A stretch of 64,000 nucleotides of DNA from an uncultured Oscillospiraceae bacterium (GTDB taxonomy: Bacteria > Bacillota > Clostridia > Christensenellales > CAG-314). The stretch spans positions 6,795-70,794 of the forward strand of contig CAZSIF010000009.1 in assembly GCA_964607155.1 (NCBI GenBank), read 5' to 3'. Below the pieces are notes generated by a model. The model was not told the origin of the DNA, did not search any database, and saw only the letters and a program-made list of their open reading frames with translations. The first letter of the stretch is position 1. Every line of letters begins with the position of its first letter. The position numbers and the translations under genes were made by a program. Positions 62,805-64,000 of the stretch are shown here, piece after piece.

Positions 62805-63752
62805 TTATTTGATTGTCATTATTATAGCTTGCGGAAAATCACCGAAGTTTTTTCCGTAAATATTGATTCCGCCGCGATGCTCGGCATCCTCCTTTATCTG
62901 CACCGTAAATTTTACTGTCCGCCCGTTTGCAATACCCAAATCCGCAAATTTAACGTTTTTGTGCATCAAGCGGTTATCGAGATACACACCGGTGGGACTG
63001 ACGGTTATTTTTTTGAGCAAGCCGAACTGAGAGCTTGCGGTTGACCAGTATTTTGGCGTATAAATACCGCGCCTACCGCCAAAATCGCCGGGACTTGTCC
63101 ATGAAAGCACCTCGATATCGTTTATCAAAAAGGTTATGTCGCTCGGCCAAACATCACGATAATAGGGTGCCTCGGAGCATATTTCCAACGAAAAGCTTAT
63201 TTCAGTCGGATGGGATACACCCCCCCCCGTGACCAAATAAGGAAATCGATAGCTAACGTACCCGTACTCGAACCAAAGCAATTCCGCATCTTTGCGCTCA
63301 GGCAAATAAAAACAATCAGGCATATCGAACATTACAAGACGCTTTTCCGCGCCGACAATGCCGCACGGCGCATTTACGTTGCAATCGCAATACATGCCCA
63401 CAGGCATTTCGATACTGTATTCGTTGCCTTGCTCGTGTGCACCCTGTAGCTTGTATTTGACCTCTGCAGAGGTCACCATGGCACTGCACATTTTTACATG
63501 TCCCTTTACGCTGGGCTGATAGGTTACAAGCACCAGCTCCGCCTCCGAAAGCGCATTGATATGGTTGGATACGGATGACACCGGTATATCCAACTCTTTG
63601 GATATTTCGTTTAGGTTCATTGCCCTCGTGCCCAAAAGCTCCAAAATGCGCACCCTATCCGGAATGGACAACGCTTTACCAAAAGCACAAATCTTATCTC
63701 GTTCGTTCGGCATATCGACATGTAGCGTAAGTTTTTTTTCGTCGGATAACAT
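62805..63752 (-). CDS. ArsR-type winged-helix transcriptional regulator with ~220-aa C-terminal (putative sensor) domain
   Basis: 'KALSIPDRVRILELLGTRAMNLNEISKELDIPVSSVSNHINALSEAELV' ArsR-like HTH. 315 aa. AAGGAG SD. Confidence 0.75.
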   Translation of the reverse strand: MLSDEKKLTLHVDMPNERDKICAFGKALSIPDRVRILELLGTRAMNLNEISKELDIPVSSVSNHINALSEAELVLVTYQPSVKGHVKMCSAMVTSAEVKYKLQGAHEQGNEYSIEMPVGMYCDCNVNAPCGIVGAEKRLVMFDMPDCFYLPERKDAELLWFEYGYVSYRFPYLVTGGGVSHPTEISFSLEICSEAPYYRDVWPSDITFLINDIEVLSWTSPGDFGGRRGIYTPKYWSTASSQFGLLKKITVSPTGVYLDNRLMHKNVKFADLGIANGRTVKFTVQIKEDAEHRGGINIYGKNFGDFPQAIIMTIK

Positions 63753-63822
63753 TGCTGATTGCTCCTTGTTGTTGCAAAGTGCCTCAACTATATATCAGCG
63801 CTTGCTTGCATTTTCAAGTTTT

Positions 63823-63852
63823 ATATTAGCATTCCTGCATTTTGAATGTCAA
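63823..63852 (-). promoter_or_regulatory. Candidate sigma-A promoter of the regulator gene
   Basis: Minus strand: TTGACA (63852..63847), 18 nt ending in TGC, then TAATAT (63828..63823). Confidence 0.45.
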
Positions 63853-63928
63853 TGGTTTTTTGCAAAAATCCGTCAATAAAAAAAGTCGCCCATAAAGCAG
63901 TCTTGCCGCCATAACCTACACAACTGCG

Positions 63929-64000
63929 TTATTTTTGGGCAAACTTATCTTCAAACGCTTTTAATACTCCGCCAAGCCGCTCGTCCAAGTAGAGCGTTGC
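63929..64000 (-). CDS. 3' end of an unidentified gene (partial, runs off the window)
   Basis: The open minus-strand frame from the window edge reads ...ATLYLDERLGGVLKAFEDKFAQK, then TAA at 63931..63929. It is too short to classify. Confidence 0.3.
   Translation of the reverse strand, partial: ATLYLDERLGGVLKAFEDKFAQK

Overview
This window looks like part of an anaerobic, fermentative Firmicutes/Clostridia-type chromosome. That is an inference from gene content: [FeFe] hydrogenases, Rex, AdhE, lipobox lipoproteins and GGAGG-type Shine-Dalgarno (SD) sites. I recognised no rRNA, tRNA, CRISPR array, transposase or integrase. There are about 41 tightly packed protein genes, and all but one are on the minus strand. 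They fall into four blocks. (i) 32-19987 is a proteolysis/peptide-uptake super-operon: lipoprotein, giant OppA-like binding protein, OppBCDF, a 73-aa membrane peptide, a 2563-aa S8 subtilase carrying about 900 aa of BspA-type LRRs, and two unknown envelope proteins. (ii) 20540-25456 holds miscellaneous genes: rsgA, TraX-family, Fe-S flavoprotein, Cys-rich membrane protein, DUF4097-like, TetR. (iii) 25820-35064 encodes rex, adhE, a kinase-like protein, two [2Fe-2S] ferredoxins, HydS (a PAS-bearing sensory [FeFe] hydrogenase), a PP2C phosphatase and a group-B-like [FeFe] hydrogenase. This is a complete putative H2/redox-sensing fermentation-control cluster, and as far as I know its signalling chemistry is still unresolved. 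It is followed by LysR and a divergent DedA/TVP38-acyltransferase-Zn-ribbon fusion, the only plus-strand gene. (iv) 38857-63752 is a Gram-positive-style glycan utilisation locus. It contains an ArsR-like regulator, an LplABC-type binding protein with two permeases and no ATPase, and three giant secreted proteins (1350, 963 and 1373 aa). These are built from Ig-like domains, jelly-roll-like modules and a recurrent ~250-aa beta-helix-like module. The locus also has a DUF4838-like lipoprotein and cytoplasmic DUF4965/glutaminase-like, GH20-like and GH36 enzymes. The 696-bp spacer between the regulator and the transporter operon holds an unannotated tandem array of a GTCATCCTGAGCGAAG-type repeat and a ~120-nt nested inverted repeat. 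All family assignments come from motif recognition by eye; no database search was run. Several ORF-track starts were shortened to SD-supported start codons.
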